Below, one piece after another: positions 52,134 through 64,000 of a stretch of 64,000 nt of DNA (the first letter of the stretch is position 1; the number at the start of each line of letters is the position of its first letter). Both the position numbers and the translations under genes were made by a program. The notes beneath the pieces were generated by a model, which saw only the letters and a list, made by a program, of their open reading frames with translations, made no database searches and was not told where the DNA came from. The DNA is from Diadema antillarum (Eukaryota): NCBI RefSeq assembly GCF_040938485.1, contig NW_027271421.1:566567-630566 (forward strand). Reading direction: 5' to 3'.

Positions 52134-53508
52134 CTGGGTGAAAAGAACCAACAATCATCGTATTTGACTCATGACATTTGAACTTGGTACTTGATGTGAC
52201 AGGACAGATTTCACTACAGTCATGGCAAGTTCATAGCTGCATCTCCATGAGTTTATTTTTTGAGATATGAAAAATGTCAGTGTAAACTTACAAATCTATC
52301 CTCAGCATTATCAGGAACTGATTTGCGGAAGAGAATCCGCGGGGGTGAATCCGTCCCCCCTCGATGTTTCGCGCTATAATTCTGTAACGCGAGAAGACCT
52401 CGTCATGAGGCTTCTTGACTTTCTTTGTTCAAGTCTCACGCAACTTTTGAGACCAAATTTGCAACGTCCGCGCATACTTTTACAAAGCCATGCCCATTTT
52501 TTTATTTTGGCATGTCGCCCTAAAGCGGGCACAATTTTGTGATTTTGCGTACATTTCCTATGGAAAACAGTGCTCTGTCATCAAAGTCATTAAAATTTTT
52601 ACAATTGATCACTTTCATTGATTAATCTTATGCTAATTATCGTAGAAAAGTGGTCACTGACAATTTCCAATAAAAAACAAAGAAAAAACAAAGGTTGAAA
52701 AACACAGAAATACATAAGAAATTCTGAAAACAATAAAATTGATAAGAGTTGAAATGACTTTTGGAAGTTTTTGTGATGTACAATTGTTGAATATGCCAAA
52801 ACAGATTTACAAACCACAAAAGTAGGCTCTCAATGCTTTTAATTGGGCTAAAATATGATCTTGAGCTTAATTTACATAATTAATTAACTAAAATTAAAAA
52901 CTGATTGTTTCAAAAAATATTATGGCACAATCTTGTAGATTATGACATGGGGGTCACGCATGCCAAATTTCGTCACGATTGCACCTCTGATGGCCGAGAT
53001 CTCAGGGGAAAGGGCAGAATCCACCCCCCTCCGGTCTTAGCATAGCCAAAAAAGCCCGGCCTGATTAGGGTTAAACAATTTTTTCTTTATTCTCTGAATG
53101 TATCAACACTGAGGACATCAGAGAGACAGTAGCATGACAATCACAGTGAAGCTAAGTCGATGTCATCTGACTATTACACACTGACACTGAGAATGCTATA
53201 TACCGTAGAAAGCTCTTCTCTTCATCCTAACCATGAATGGTTTCTTTTTGAGACTTTTATTTTGTGAATGAGTAGAACAGTGCCTGCATATCACATAATG
53301 ATTTTTTGATACTGGAGGGAAAAGCAGCAATATTGTTCATATGTCAAATGGTATAAAAAGGACCTAAATATACTGATCCGTTGATTCATCTTAACTTCTC
53401 TAATCACAATTATCCAGTGAGTTGTCTACACATGATAGAAAAGGGAACTAGAAGCACAAAAATAAAAGGGCAATTCATACATTAGGGGCAAAACGTGTTG
53501 AGCATTAC

Positions 53509-53595
53509 CTCGTATCACTGCTACGACATCACATCTTGGGTCTATACTGCCTATATGCAGAGGGTGTGTCTTGGGTGACCTCCCAAACATCAGAG
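53509..53595 (-). CDS. PDK: PDK exon encoding (T)LMFGRSPKTHPLHIGSIDPRCDVVAVIR(D).
   Basis: Matches PDK [30 protein letters not shown]. Acceptor tcttttcttccattcctcatccag and donor g|gtaatg. Confidence 0.88.
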
Positions 53596-54624
53596 CTGGA
53601 TGAGGAATGGAAGAAAAGATTGTGTTTATCAAATCTACGGTCCTGTACCGCCATATACCCAACACATACATTGTACCAGTGGTGGATCGGGGGGGGGGGG
53701 GGGGGGGGGTATTTTTCTTTTTAAAAAAAAATGAAATGTAACCAAGAAGTGGCATCCCCGCCCCTTTACAGAATTCCTGGATCCATCCCTGTGTACTTGT
53801 ATTAAACAGTCTTTGCTGCTCATTGCTTGGGCACAATTACAACTTGCTCAAGCATATTACAAGTATTTGTTCCGCAGTTTGGACAGGAATACAACACTTT
53901 TAAAGGATGGACAAATAAAAAGCGAAGGGGGCAGGGGTACCATCACAGTCGATCCCCCTGATTTACCTCAAGCCTACAACTGCAGTCTAACAAGGGGGTG
54001 CTGCATGATATACAGGGTATTTAAAAAACCACAAACAATACTGCTGCTTCACATGTGCATTGAATTTTTGTCCTCTCTTTGACAAACATGCGATGCCAAA
54101 TAACAACCCTTTAAAGATACCTAGTCTGCTGTATGCAGAGCAGTATGATGATTGGTGGAGAAGTTGAATTGATTGTTTGCTAAACCATTCAAACATTGTA
54201 AAAATCCACCATTTCTGCTTCATAGACAATTAGAAAACAGTAAACTACAAACATGTGATCATAGGTCTTGCTTACGTAAAATCTTTTCTGAAAGGATGTT
54301 TCAGCAGTTACACATGTACGTGTCATTTTTAACAAATTGCTAAATACAATGTGGACTTGAATAGCATCAACATTTTACTTTAACACACGATTGTGAGTTG
54401 CTCAAATTAGTTCATTAGCATGGTATCAGTAACTACACTTCTGATCAGTGATTACCCTGTATAACATCAAAATATGATCCAATATTTCTACATGAAATAC
54501 ATCAAAATGGAAATCATGTGTCATCTTGAATGAAAAACTGAAGATGGCAGTGCCTCAAGTCATGACAAGATAAAAGTAGAATTCGAGTGAGAAGTGAAGA
54601 GAGGGAGGACCTGTGTCAACTCAC

Positions 54625-54745
54625 TGTGTTGGTTAATTAGCATCCTGATACCAATACGTGAGATGTAGAACCTGTCTAGGAAGTACTGAATGTTGTTTTC
54701 TTCATGCTGATCCACCTTGTAGCTCTCTCTCATTTCAAGTACACC
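54625..54745 (-). CDS. PDK: PDK exon encoding [40 protein letters not shown](T).
   Basis: Matches [44 protein letters not shown]. Acceptor tccttgacag and donor a|gtgagt. Confidence 0.88.
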
Positions 54746-55668
54746 CTGTCAAGGACAGCACATCTATTAGTACATCAGTTACAACACAACCAATGATGTT
54801 GTCATTTATGATATTTTTCAGAAGGCTTTGTAATGCAATAATCTTAACTACCGGTAAAAATTCTGAGATCAATGCTGGGAGAACAAAGATTTTCAATGCA
54901 GCTTGAATCACCTTGCTTGTCCTACACAAATATATTCATATACACTAAGAAGCCAGTAGAAGTAGCGCAATCATCTAAATCATTTGAAAACTGTGATAGT
55001 ACTTTCTGTCACCACAAATAATGCAGTTACCATGACAACAGCTCACTGGACACTCAAAAAACATTCCTTGCACATAAACCTTCTAAGGTTGCTTATGTGC
55101 CAAGTTCAATTTCATTTCATTTCATTCATTTCCACTTTCATAATTGGTTTACAAACTTTGCATTAAAAACTAACAGACAGACAGACAAACGAACAAACAA
55201 ACAAACAAAAATACATGGTGTCAAATATGATAGCGGCGGAATCATGAGAAGCACAAAGTAGGCTTACTGAAAATGATCCCTTAAGAAAGATCATGCTGTA
55301 AATATGTGTAATCATTTACAATGTACAGCATAATCATTTGTAATTGAACTGAAACAAACATAAATACAAAATGCGAAAGGATTCACAACTTCAAATGAAT
55401 AAAAAAAGCTGGATCCATGTAGATATGAAAGAAAAGAAGAAAACTCCACATTTAACTATTCATCAACTTGTAACTTAATTGCATCAAAAAGATGTTGTTT
55501 ATGTAATCTTTTAAATTGTCTTACAGTCTTACTGATCCTGAAAACTATATTCAAATTATTCCATAAAATAGTACCTTTATATAGTGCTCTGTGAAGTTTT
55601 CTCATGTTGATATTACAATATTGATGACAACAAACAAACAAGAAAAAACATGTAAATAATGTACATAC

Positions 55669-55732
55669 CTGTGCCATTGTCTCAACAACATTCATGTGTC
55701 GGTTTCGTATTGTTACAAGTTGGTCTGTAAAG
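55669..55732 (-). CDS. PDK: PDK exon encoding [21 protein letters not shown].
   Basis: Matches PDK [21 protein letters not shown]. Acceptor ttattctctacag (a second AG 8 nt downstream is an alternative) and donor cag|gtatgt. Confidence 0.85.
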
Positions 55733-55871
55733 CTGTAGAGAATAAACAAGAAATCAAGGTGAAAATAACAGATTTCTATTACAGGTATATTGATTTGTTC
55801 ACGAGAGATGTTTAAATATACTTTTTAGGAAGACATATTTAAAGGACATTGATAGTATAAGTACATGTATA

Positions 55872-56569
55872 TGTGACCGTGCATCACAAAACGAACAAAA
55901 AGTCGCACACACTGATTTTGTGTGAGGACTGAAAATAGGTGAAATGGGTCAACCTAGCTGATCTTGACTTTTTCATATTTTCTGAAAGAGCACGTCTTCT
56001 TCTACATTATGCTAAAATTTGGGATCATAAAACGGGCAGGAAAGTGTGTTTTTTCAGCAGTTTATCTCGAACAGTTTTTTTGTAGAATAGTGTGATAAGG
56101 TGTGTCTTTAGAGTCTTTTTTTTCATTTCTCAAAAACCTTGTACACACTCTCCCTTTTCAACTCAAATAACTTTTGAAAGGATGATGCTAAGTACTGCTT
56201 TGAAAGTTGGCATTAATCATGGTCTGAATGTGTTAATAGAGCATTTTCAATTTCGGCTTAATCTGATAATCTCTTCATTGTTGTTACTCCAGTGGTTTAC
56301 ATCCTATTTTTTGTCCCATTTATCAGACAGCCAGCACGGCTTGGTAAAGATTGAGCGATTGAATAGACCCTGTACTTCAGAGCCTTTTTTCTCAGTTCAC
56401 ACTTTTCCCCGAGTGTGTGCTTCCTTCCAATATATAGATAGGTTAGGAGAGTCCATTTGATTTGAGTTATACATCATTTTAAAGCTTGAAGTCTGCTCTT
56501 TTAGAATATGCTCTTAACTAAAATTTCATGTCTGGCGAGTTTGTGTTCGTTTTGTGATGCAGGGTCACA
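55872..56569 (+). mobile_element. MITE family A, copy 2 (~698 bp), in PDK intron E3/E4.
   Basis: Collinear with 44308-44997 (tgtgaccgtgca...gcagggtcaca), with the same TIRs and a TA flank. Confidence 0.75.
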
Positions 56570-57346
56570 TATGTGTTTATATTTCAGTCATAACTCAACC
56601 AAAGCATGAACTGCATGTGTATCTTTAAACAATTGAAGTAGCGTGCTTTAACATGTGAATTGTGAATCAAGAGGTGCAATGTAAAGTATAAAGTTCAACA
56701 ATGCTATAAATATCTTTATCTGACCTGGCCTTTGGTGTAGGTGTTCAATATACAAATATGTAAATCAATAATTCTCATTAAAAAATAATTTGAACTTGCT
56801 TGTCATGTGTACAGACAAGCACAGCTGAGAGTAAAGGACTTGCTAAATAACACAAGTAAATAGTATGTTGTCAACACGTGATGTTGGTTGGTTCTCATGG
56901 ATAAGACATTTCTCTCTATTTGCTGAAATGCAACAATTCATATCTGGTGCTTTCACTTCAATCACAAACAGTTGAATTGATTATGATTTGTAACATTACC
57001 AGTGAAATACCTGGACATGGATGCATTTTAATAATGAATGTGTTTATTCAACAAGGATGATTGACAGAACTACAGTATGTGAGGCATTGACTTACAGTTT
57101 GGCCATTTTACTCAGAGTTAACCCATTGGAATGGTAACAATTATGCCATCATTGGACGTATATGTTGCATACCATTCAAAGCATTTAATATTATCAGTAA
57201 GCTACACATTTGTATTGATGACTTTCAAATGCATGTAGAAAACAGAGCTGTATTACAATAAGTTAAACATGCTCATACTATAACCTTTTACCACATGAAA
57301 GCACCCATAACACATGAGTTGCAAATTTTCCCATTTTCTCCATTAC

Positions 57347-57418
57347 CTTGATATTTGTGCTTTATCCTCCTCTGACAGGTCGGTGTAGTCAAGCAATTCT
57401 GTGAATGTTTGCTGATAC
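57347..57418 (-). CDS. PDK: PDK exon encoding (W)YQQTFTELLDYTDLSEEDKAQIS(S).
   Basis: Corresponds to PDK [25 protein letters not shown]. Acceptor cttcatacag and donor ag|gtaatg. The phases are consistent with the flanking exons. Confidence 0.72.
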
Positions 57419-58895
57419 CTGTATGAAGATAAACAAATTACAGTACACAAGTTGTTTTAGAGGACCAAAAACACAAAATCATCATTATATTTCTCACCAC
57501 AATAAGAGAGTGGTTTCACTCCTGGATGAAAACAAGAAATATTCATCATTACATATTGCAAAATTTGACATCATTGCAGTCAGCCTGGTTTCAATGAATT
57601 TGCTTGCTTATATTACCAGGGATAAAACTGTAAAGGAGTGTTACATAGTCAAAATGTAGCAAGCAACAAATTTGGAGCATTTTTATTTCATGGCTAGTAT
57701 CATGTCACATGAAATGCACAAAAAATGTTCACATGGCATTCTTCCTAAACTTTTACAGTGTCACAAATTGGAAATACTAACAGCCCTCATCTGTTGGCAA
57801 CTTGCTGCACAATTATCACACAGGATACAACTTCGAACGTCCTTCACACCTCTACACTTTCAAATTGCAAGTGTTCAGCATGCCACAAATAGTTGTGTAC
57901 AATTGGCAATGAAAGGTTATATCAACGTATATGATGTGAGATCACACTGTGATATGTTGCATGCATTGGTACACCCAGTAAGCACTTTTTCCCCCTTTTT
58001 TTTAAATATTGAAGTATTCTTTTCTTTTAAAAATGAAAAAAAAAATGTCTATATGCCTTAAGTTGTACTAGATAAAAACGTCATGCAACCACAGCATGCT
58101 GGTAAAGTTGGCAGAGTATTATGCAACTATCATAGAGGCATTCATTTATTTACACTGTACATACTAGCAGTGCCAGTTTGTAACAAGGACATATAGTTTA
58201 TTGACATTGTGTCATGAGTAATAAATTTAATAGTGCTGACACATGGTTAAAAACAATCAAATGGCCACGTTGGAGGCATACCGCAAGAACAGGACATTTC
58301 ATCTACTTTTGGCCAAGGTCTAGATTTGCTCAGAGATACAGATGTACACTCTAATCACAGATAACAGATAAATGCAGTACAATGGAAGAGTACACTTGAA
58401 TACAGACTTTAATAAGCCAACAAACTTTGGACTCCATATCAATCTGCTCACAGTGACATACATTGCATACTAGAGTTTACACTGTAGTATTAATACTGAG
58501 TGAAATAAGGCCACCAAAGTTTGGTTAAATACAGCTGTACGTATCTTTTAGCATAAAATTGAGGTTCAAGCAGTGTGTCATCAATAAAAGTACTTTGACA
58601 ATGTCACTCTTTATGTCTAGGTCCCTATGGGGGGGGGGGGGAATGAGCTGGAAGCAATGCTTTTCAGAAGCTCAGTTCTCTTAAGACGTGTAGAAAAGCA
58701 TGTCATACAATTTTTTGGAAGTGACATTTCAGGAGCAAATAAACAAGTTCAAAATTACAAGTACCTGCTGTAAAATGATACAATATTTGTTCTTCTGATA
58801 AGAATTCACAAGGTGTTCTTCACCTATCTTTTTAAAGTCATCAAACAAGTCGTACATGGTATTAGACCTCACATTGCCAAATACATATCTTATAT

Positions 58896-59108
58896 TACTG
58901 TAAAAGTGGATATTTTCGCGCAACTAATTTTTCGCGCTTGGCCGGGTAAGAAGAGTTTCGCATGTTTTAAATCCCGCGGAATCAAGACATCACGCACAGG
59001 AATATATGGCGAGCAAAAATATTCGTGTGCATTTATTTTCGCGCTAGTTTCTGGTTGCGCAAAATGCACGAAAACTTCAACACCGCGAAAATTTCCACTT
59101 TTACAGTA
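58896..59108 (+). mobile_element. MITE family B, copy 1 (213 bp). It has a 15-bp perfect TIR tactgtaaaagtgga and lies 38 bp from the PDK exon-2 splice donor.
   Basis: The left end TACTGTAAAAGTGGA and right end TCCACTTTTACAGTA are exact reverse complements. The internal sequence ...ttttcgcgc...ggccgggt.agaag...cgcggaatcaagaca...tttctggttgcgc is shared with the copy at 61105-61285. Confidence 0.75.
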
Positions 59109-59145
59109 TGAGGTACTAAGGGGTGTGAGGGGACTTTCAACTCAC

Positions 59146-59290
59146 CATCCTTGCACAGTCCTGACAGACGGCATCTGTAGGAGTTTCTCTGGTAGAAGAT
59201 TGATTTCCCTCATAATATTAGCTATTCTCACTGGTAGTTCTTGCCGTAGAAATACATACGACTTGGCAGCATCTGAGCTTTGACTTTGAC
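59146..59290 (-). CDS. PDK: PDK exon encoding (G)[47 protein letters not shown](W). This is the most 5' coding exon found.
   Basis: Matches [52 protein letters not shown]. Minus-strand acceptor tttcctttttattcctcatcacag and donor tg|gtgagt. Confidence 0.88.
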
Positions 59291-61104
59291 CTGTGATGAG
59301 GAATAAAAAGGAAACAAAAAATGTGTGAGGTTGATGAAAATTGAGAAAGATCACAGCATTTTGTTTATAATCAATGTTGTTCATAACAATCTTGACAGGA
59401 AATACTTATGGACAAATACTCTTAATTTCTGTAGTGCAACTTAATCCAGCAAGTACGTATAATGTAGCAATGTATATTTTTAATACCATCAGTAATGTAA
59501 CCACTTTGTTTGAAAAAAGGAGAAACTAGTGTCGTCTTCACACCGTAGTTGCAGTTTTCATCCAATAATTTCTTAACCTGAAATGACATGTTTCCATCTC
59601 TGCAGTGAAAGTACCAGCTCAAAGGCCTACTTTGTTATACCAGCAGTTTTAAAGCTTAATCCATATAAGCATGGCATCAAAAGTCACTTGTAGAAAATTA
59701 CATCATTTTCGGCAGATTGTCGCATTGTACAGAAGACCTTTAACATTTTCTTTCTACTTTGCACACTGCCCATACATGACTGTGTTGATACAATGTATTC
59801 TGAATAGCATCACGCGTCCATATTGCCGTATTGCCCATACCACAGGAAGATAATACCAGGTATACAAGCTACAACTTGTTAAGCCAGATGAAATGGACAT
59901 GGTAACATGCCCAATACAAACTTGCTTGCATACAATCTAGTACACTATCACAATTCACACAATGTGAAATGATTACTATTTACCATTCTATATGTACACA
60001 TTAGGTTGTATACCACTAGCAGGGTGTTTACTGCTTCAAGCTGAACTGGTGTACAACTGTACTGCATAATTCGGAGGGCCAGGGAATACAAAAATTGGTA
60101 TCTTGAAGAACTCTTCAAGGACATTCAGTCAATAACCCTATGCAGCAGTCTATACTCTGTACCAGCCATCCACCAACAATTTCTCATTGTACAGGTAGAA
60201 GCCTGTACACACTTTTACCTGCACATCCATAGATTGGTCATAAAAATTATGTACAAAATGTACAATGCAGCGGATACTGTGACAGCCACTGACACTGTAT
60301 TGACAGGTACATCTATTCAACACACTTGGAGTTGGGGGGGGGGGGGCGGGCTTGGGTGTCTGTAAATTGGTCCAAATCCAGGAAACTGAACTACTATTCT
60401 CTTGAGGAAAGTATTGAATGGGAACACCTTGAAAAGCAACTGTTACAAACTGTACCAATACTATAACTGTCACAGCCTGTCCACATGAATACTGATTACC
60501 AGTAGATTCAATAGTGGTACACTGTACAAAAAATAAATGTACACTCAAACACATACCAGTGTAGGCCTACTGTATGCTATAAGCCATTATTTTCGTGTGT
60601 ACAGATATTTTCGCTAATTAGGACGTCACACACATTTTCCTATTGAAGATGCTGTTTTCGCGAATTGACACCAACGTTATCTTTACATGAATTGCTACCC
60701 TAGTGCATGACAACATTTTCGTGTGTACTACTGATAAATCCTTAATCCAACTGTGATTCACAAAATCAACAAAAATTAAACCTTCATGAAAATAACGGCT
60801 TCAGAAGCATACAAGCATATCGTTGCTGGGGTGACAAGACCTTGTACCATATCTGAAATTTTGGTGAAAATGACTTTTTTGGATTAATGGTCAAATAATG
60901 GGTTAAGTGGTATCCTGTCCAAATCCCAACTGTCTCACTCCAAAAATGAAGCCACCACGACATGTCAAAGGAAAGGCTATCCCATTCCCTATAGTGCTTT
61001 GGCTGCCATGTTTTTTGGCTCTCCTGAACATTTGACATTTTATACGAGGTCTTGTCACCTCAGCGACGATATGCACTGCTCCATCAAACACACCTCTAAT
61101 ACTG

Positions 61105-61285
61105 TACTGTAAAAGTGAATATTTTTGCGCTGCTAATTTTTCGCACTTGGCCGGGTGAGAAGATTTTTCGAGTGTTTTTAATTTCGCGGAATCAAGACAG
61201 CAACCACTCGAACATATAGCATGCAAAAATATTCGCATGCTTTTATTTTCACGCTCATTTCTGGTTGCGCGAAACTTTTACAGTA
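61105..61285 (+). mobile_element. MITE family B, copy 2 (181 bp).
   Basis: Termini tactgtaaaagtg...cttttacagta. Internal sequence about 85% identical to 58896-59108. Confidence 0.7.
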
Positions 61286-62439
61286 TGTACATTGCAAACA
61301 CTCACACACTTTTAACGAAAACTTTAAATATCTTTATACCAACTAGTATGCTGTCATATGCCCTACAAGGTGGATATTATTATTCAACAAAGTTATCAAA
61401 AAACTTCGAATGATCAATGTCAAGTTTGCAAGAATGAAATTTGAGACCACTGAAAAAAAAAATGATACTCAGTACTGACACAGCATTAATAAACTTTGCA
61501 CATTGTATGCCTATTACATGTACATGTACTGTAGTACCTAGACGTAGTATTGCAAAACCCAAAATATGATCTGCAAATTGGAGCTGGGCTTCTTTGAATT
61601 GTGGCATAAAATTCCACAAACTGCCACTCAATGCATTGACAGTGTAGACAAGAACATTTGCATGCATAGTTTTGTAAATCTTGCCTCCTTGGGAAATTTA
61701 CGAAAAATTTCAGGTTTTGCACAGAACCTCCTTGGTTGTCCCAACGCTATAGTGACAGTGCAGGGCACAAATTTCAATGGCATTTTACTGGCAGAAAGAC
61801 AGTCATAATCTGTAGAATCATTTGTGTGTGTGTGTGGGGGGGGGGGCATATTACCATCACACAATAGAAGCAATCTGTGGCTTACTTCCTGTTACCTGCC
61901 TCTCCAACACAAAATCAGAACTTTGGGTTTGTTTTGAAAATCAGTTTGGCATGAACTGCACAGCCAAATCATTCAACGTCACCACAAGTGCTGTATCCGG
62001 TACCTCAATACAGTATGTGTGTGTGTTTATAAATCAAATAGCAAATCTGTGTAGGCCTATACATACATGTACATGTACAGTAAATATTATGTACACGGAA
62101 TTGTGTTACCCAGTCTGCATTATGTATGTAGAAACTGTAACGCTACTACATGTGTAGTACACTCGTATCGGGGCAATCTGGTACAATGTGAGAAAGTATG
62201 CTGATCGCGGAACTTGCCACAGTGATGAGTTTACACCCATTCACTAAGTTGAATCATGCTCAGTCATGCATGAGAGTTACATAAACTACGTGGTATCATT
62301 GGACAGAGGACTAATTGGACTATCTAACCATGAAAAAATAATGTGTAAATATTTTAGTTTTCTGAAAATTTGCCGTTGAAGTTGGGTTTACTTTTTTTAG
62401 AGACACACTGTACAACACTTATTTGGAATATAGCTATCT

Positions 62440-62780
62440 GATTGTTGATTGCCCATCACGTGACATTTAATAAAACGTTCCATCGCACGCTCTGGCTGTC
62501 AGCCGTGCAATTTTGTTTGAGCAAAACTGGATAGTGCATGGATGACGTCACCCATTTCCATTGACTCCCGTGTTAAACTCAAGATTGACTCAAAGATTTT
62601 GTTCCATCGCACGGCTTTGATGTCACAATAAACAAACATTTGCCACGCGCACTCAACATTTACAAGCGCGCTTCCAAGTGCGTACTTTTGTCACTCATAT
62701 TTGTGAACAACTTCGTTCCGTGTACGTACGCGACGTGCGGCTACTCATTCGTCTTTCACAGAAAATGGTTGCCATTTCTG
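62440..62780. promoter_or_regulatory. CpG-rich block about 3.2 kb 5' (in minus-strand sense) of the first PDK exon found. It contains E-box CACGTGAC, CRE-like TGACGTCA and a duplicated gttccatcgcacg motif. Candidate PDK promoter / first-exon region.
   Basis: Seen in the sequence: cccatcacgtgacattt, ggatgacgtcaccc, and gttccatcgcacgc twice. The missing PDK 5' exon must lie upstream of 59290, and this is the only CpG-dense block there. Confidence 0.25.
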
Positions 62781-63085
62781 TGCTAAATTCAAGAATCTGT
62801 GCAGACCAAATCTGTTGACGTTCGAGGTGTTGTATAAAACAAATAGTGTATGGTCTTTACTAGTACAATAGAACAAGATTTAACACTCGGTGAAAGATAG
62901 GCTCTCTTTTCAACTCGGCTTTACCTCGTTGAATAGAACGCCTCTATCTTTCACCTCGTGCGAAATCTTGTACCATTGCACTCATGACCATTCACTATTT
63001 GTATACGGGTACTGCAAACATTGTAGTATGTCACACAAAGGTCACTGACAGTTTCCATTTCCCACATACACGCTGGCCATAAGGA

Positions 63086-63826
63086 TACACTGGGTGATTT
63101 CAAGTTTGGTGCTAGTGCTACAAGTATCTCAGCACTAGCATTGGCGATAAAGTCGAACTTGAAATCAGTCGGTGTAGGAGTTCGACCTCAAAGTTATGAT
63201 ATATTTCCGGTTGCTGGTGCTGGGCTCGGTGTTGAATGTCATCTGCTAAACCGAGCTTCACTGTTTGTGTTCAGCGATTTATATGTTTTTTCCCATCGTT
63301 TAACACTAGCCCCACGGAATTATCATTTTTGTCATTTCGGGTTCAGTACTGGTGTTGGCATTGCTGTGCGAGACCCACATTCACTTCCATAATAACGCGC
63401 AAAGTCTATGCTGATGGAATGTTCGCCTACATGGACATAATGCACACGAACACTCCAGACATGGCTATACAAATGTAAATCTAAGCCTGGGAGTGGGAGC
63501 ACAATTAAGATAACTGTGTTTGAAAGAAAGGATGAAATTTGAGGCATTTTGATTAGTCTTCCTCATTACGTGTCTAAAAACTGAGCAGTCATGGCTACAT
63601 CTTTTGATAATGGACTTCACCTCTGCACCATCACTTTATTCATCGCACAATTCCTGCGGACTTCGTGGTGGTACCAAATGCTAGCATCTAGTGTTGGGAT
63701 CAATAATTTTATCGGTATCGCTTCGTTAATCTGACCGTCAGTATTAGAGCTCGATATAAGTCTGTTATTTGGGGGCTTAGCACTAGCACTCCAAATGTAG
63801 CACTGAACTTAAACTCACCCAGTGTA
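63086..63826. mobile_element. TIR element (~741 bp) with TA-flanked ends tacactgggtga...tcacccagtgta.
   Basis: The left sequence tacactgggtgatttcaagtttggtgctagtgcta matches the reverse complement of 63777-63826 (tacactgggtgagtttaagttcagtgcta...gtgctagtgcta). The internal 83-aa ORF has no recognised homolog. Confidence 0.55.
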
Positions 63827-64000
63827 GATCTCATTTCATTACTGTGGTTCTCAAAAAATCTTTGGAATACCACTTGCCAGTTGCCACAATGTCTCAGAAG
63901 TCCAAATTTGTGAATTACAGAGTACTGTATCATCATCACAAAATACATTGTATGTCACATTTAGAATCTAATAGTACAGAAGTATGGACAAGTCTGGGAC

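Noticed and set aside
58813-59283. 156-aa + strand ORF
   Set aside because: It overlaps the MITE family B copy and lies opposite PDK exon 2. It has no homology and does not have the local composition of a coding gene.
62880-63010. Minus-strand MVMSAMVQDFARG plus gtgaaa donor as the PDK first exon
   Set aside because: The phase fits exon 59290, but it lacks the conserved F.PSPLSIKQF.DFG segment. This is probably chance.

Overview
This window is eukaryotic (metazoan) genomic DNA: AT-rich, with long introns and many microsatellites, MITEs and homopolymer runs. It is not a prokaryotic locus, so there are no operons, CRISPR arrays or rRNA genes. Two protein-coding genes lie in convergent, tail-to-tail orientation.

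- **Histidine decarboxylase (Hdc), + strand.** A multi-exon, PLP-dependent group II decarboxylase. Twelve coding exons were found between 4819 and 31958, with canonical GT-AG splice sites. The reconstructed 552-aa ORF runs from ATG 4827 to TGA 31956-31958 and matches fly Hdc and human HDC along its length. HDC-specific motifs are present: [14 protein letters not shown], and FNPSKW with the PLP-binding lysine. The initiator exon was not located.
- **Pyruvate dehydrogenase kinase (PDK family), - strand.** Eleven coding exons were found between 59290 and 44031. They carry the GHKL-kinase signatures [16 protein letters not shown] and [17 protein letters not shown]. The 5'-most coding exon(s) were not found in the window.
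- **Other content.** An acidic 207-aa ORF (34101-34724) sits 2 kb 3' of the Hdc stop and may be an alternative Hdc 3' exon. A composite foldback element carries a pseudo-tRNA (Glu/Asp-like) followed by a T21 run. At least four TIR-bearing MITE families have TA-flanked ends (Tc1/mariner-like). There is a near-perfect 56-bp-arm hairpin, a CpG/TATA/CRE-containing block inside an Hdc intron, and numerous simple repeats.

No undescribed multi-gene system is evident. The interesting content is gene-structure detail and mobile-element biology.
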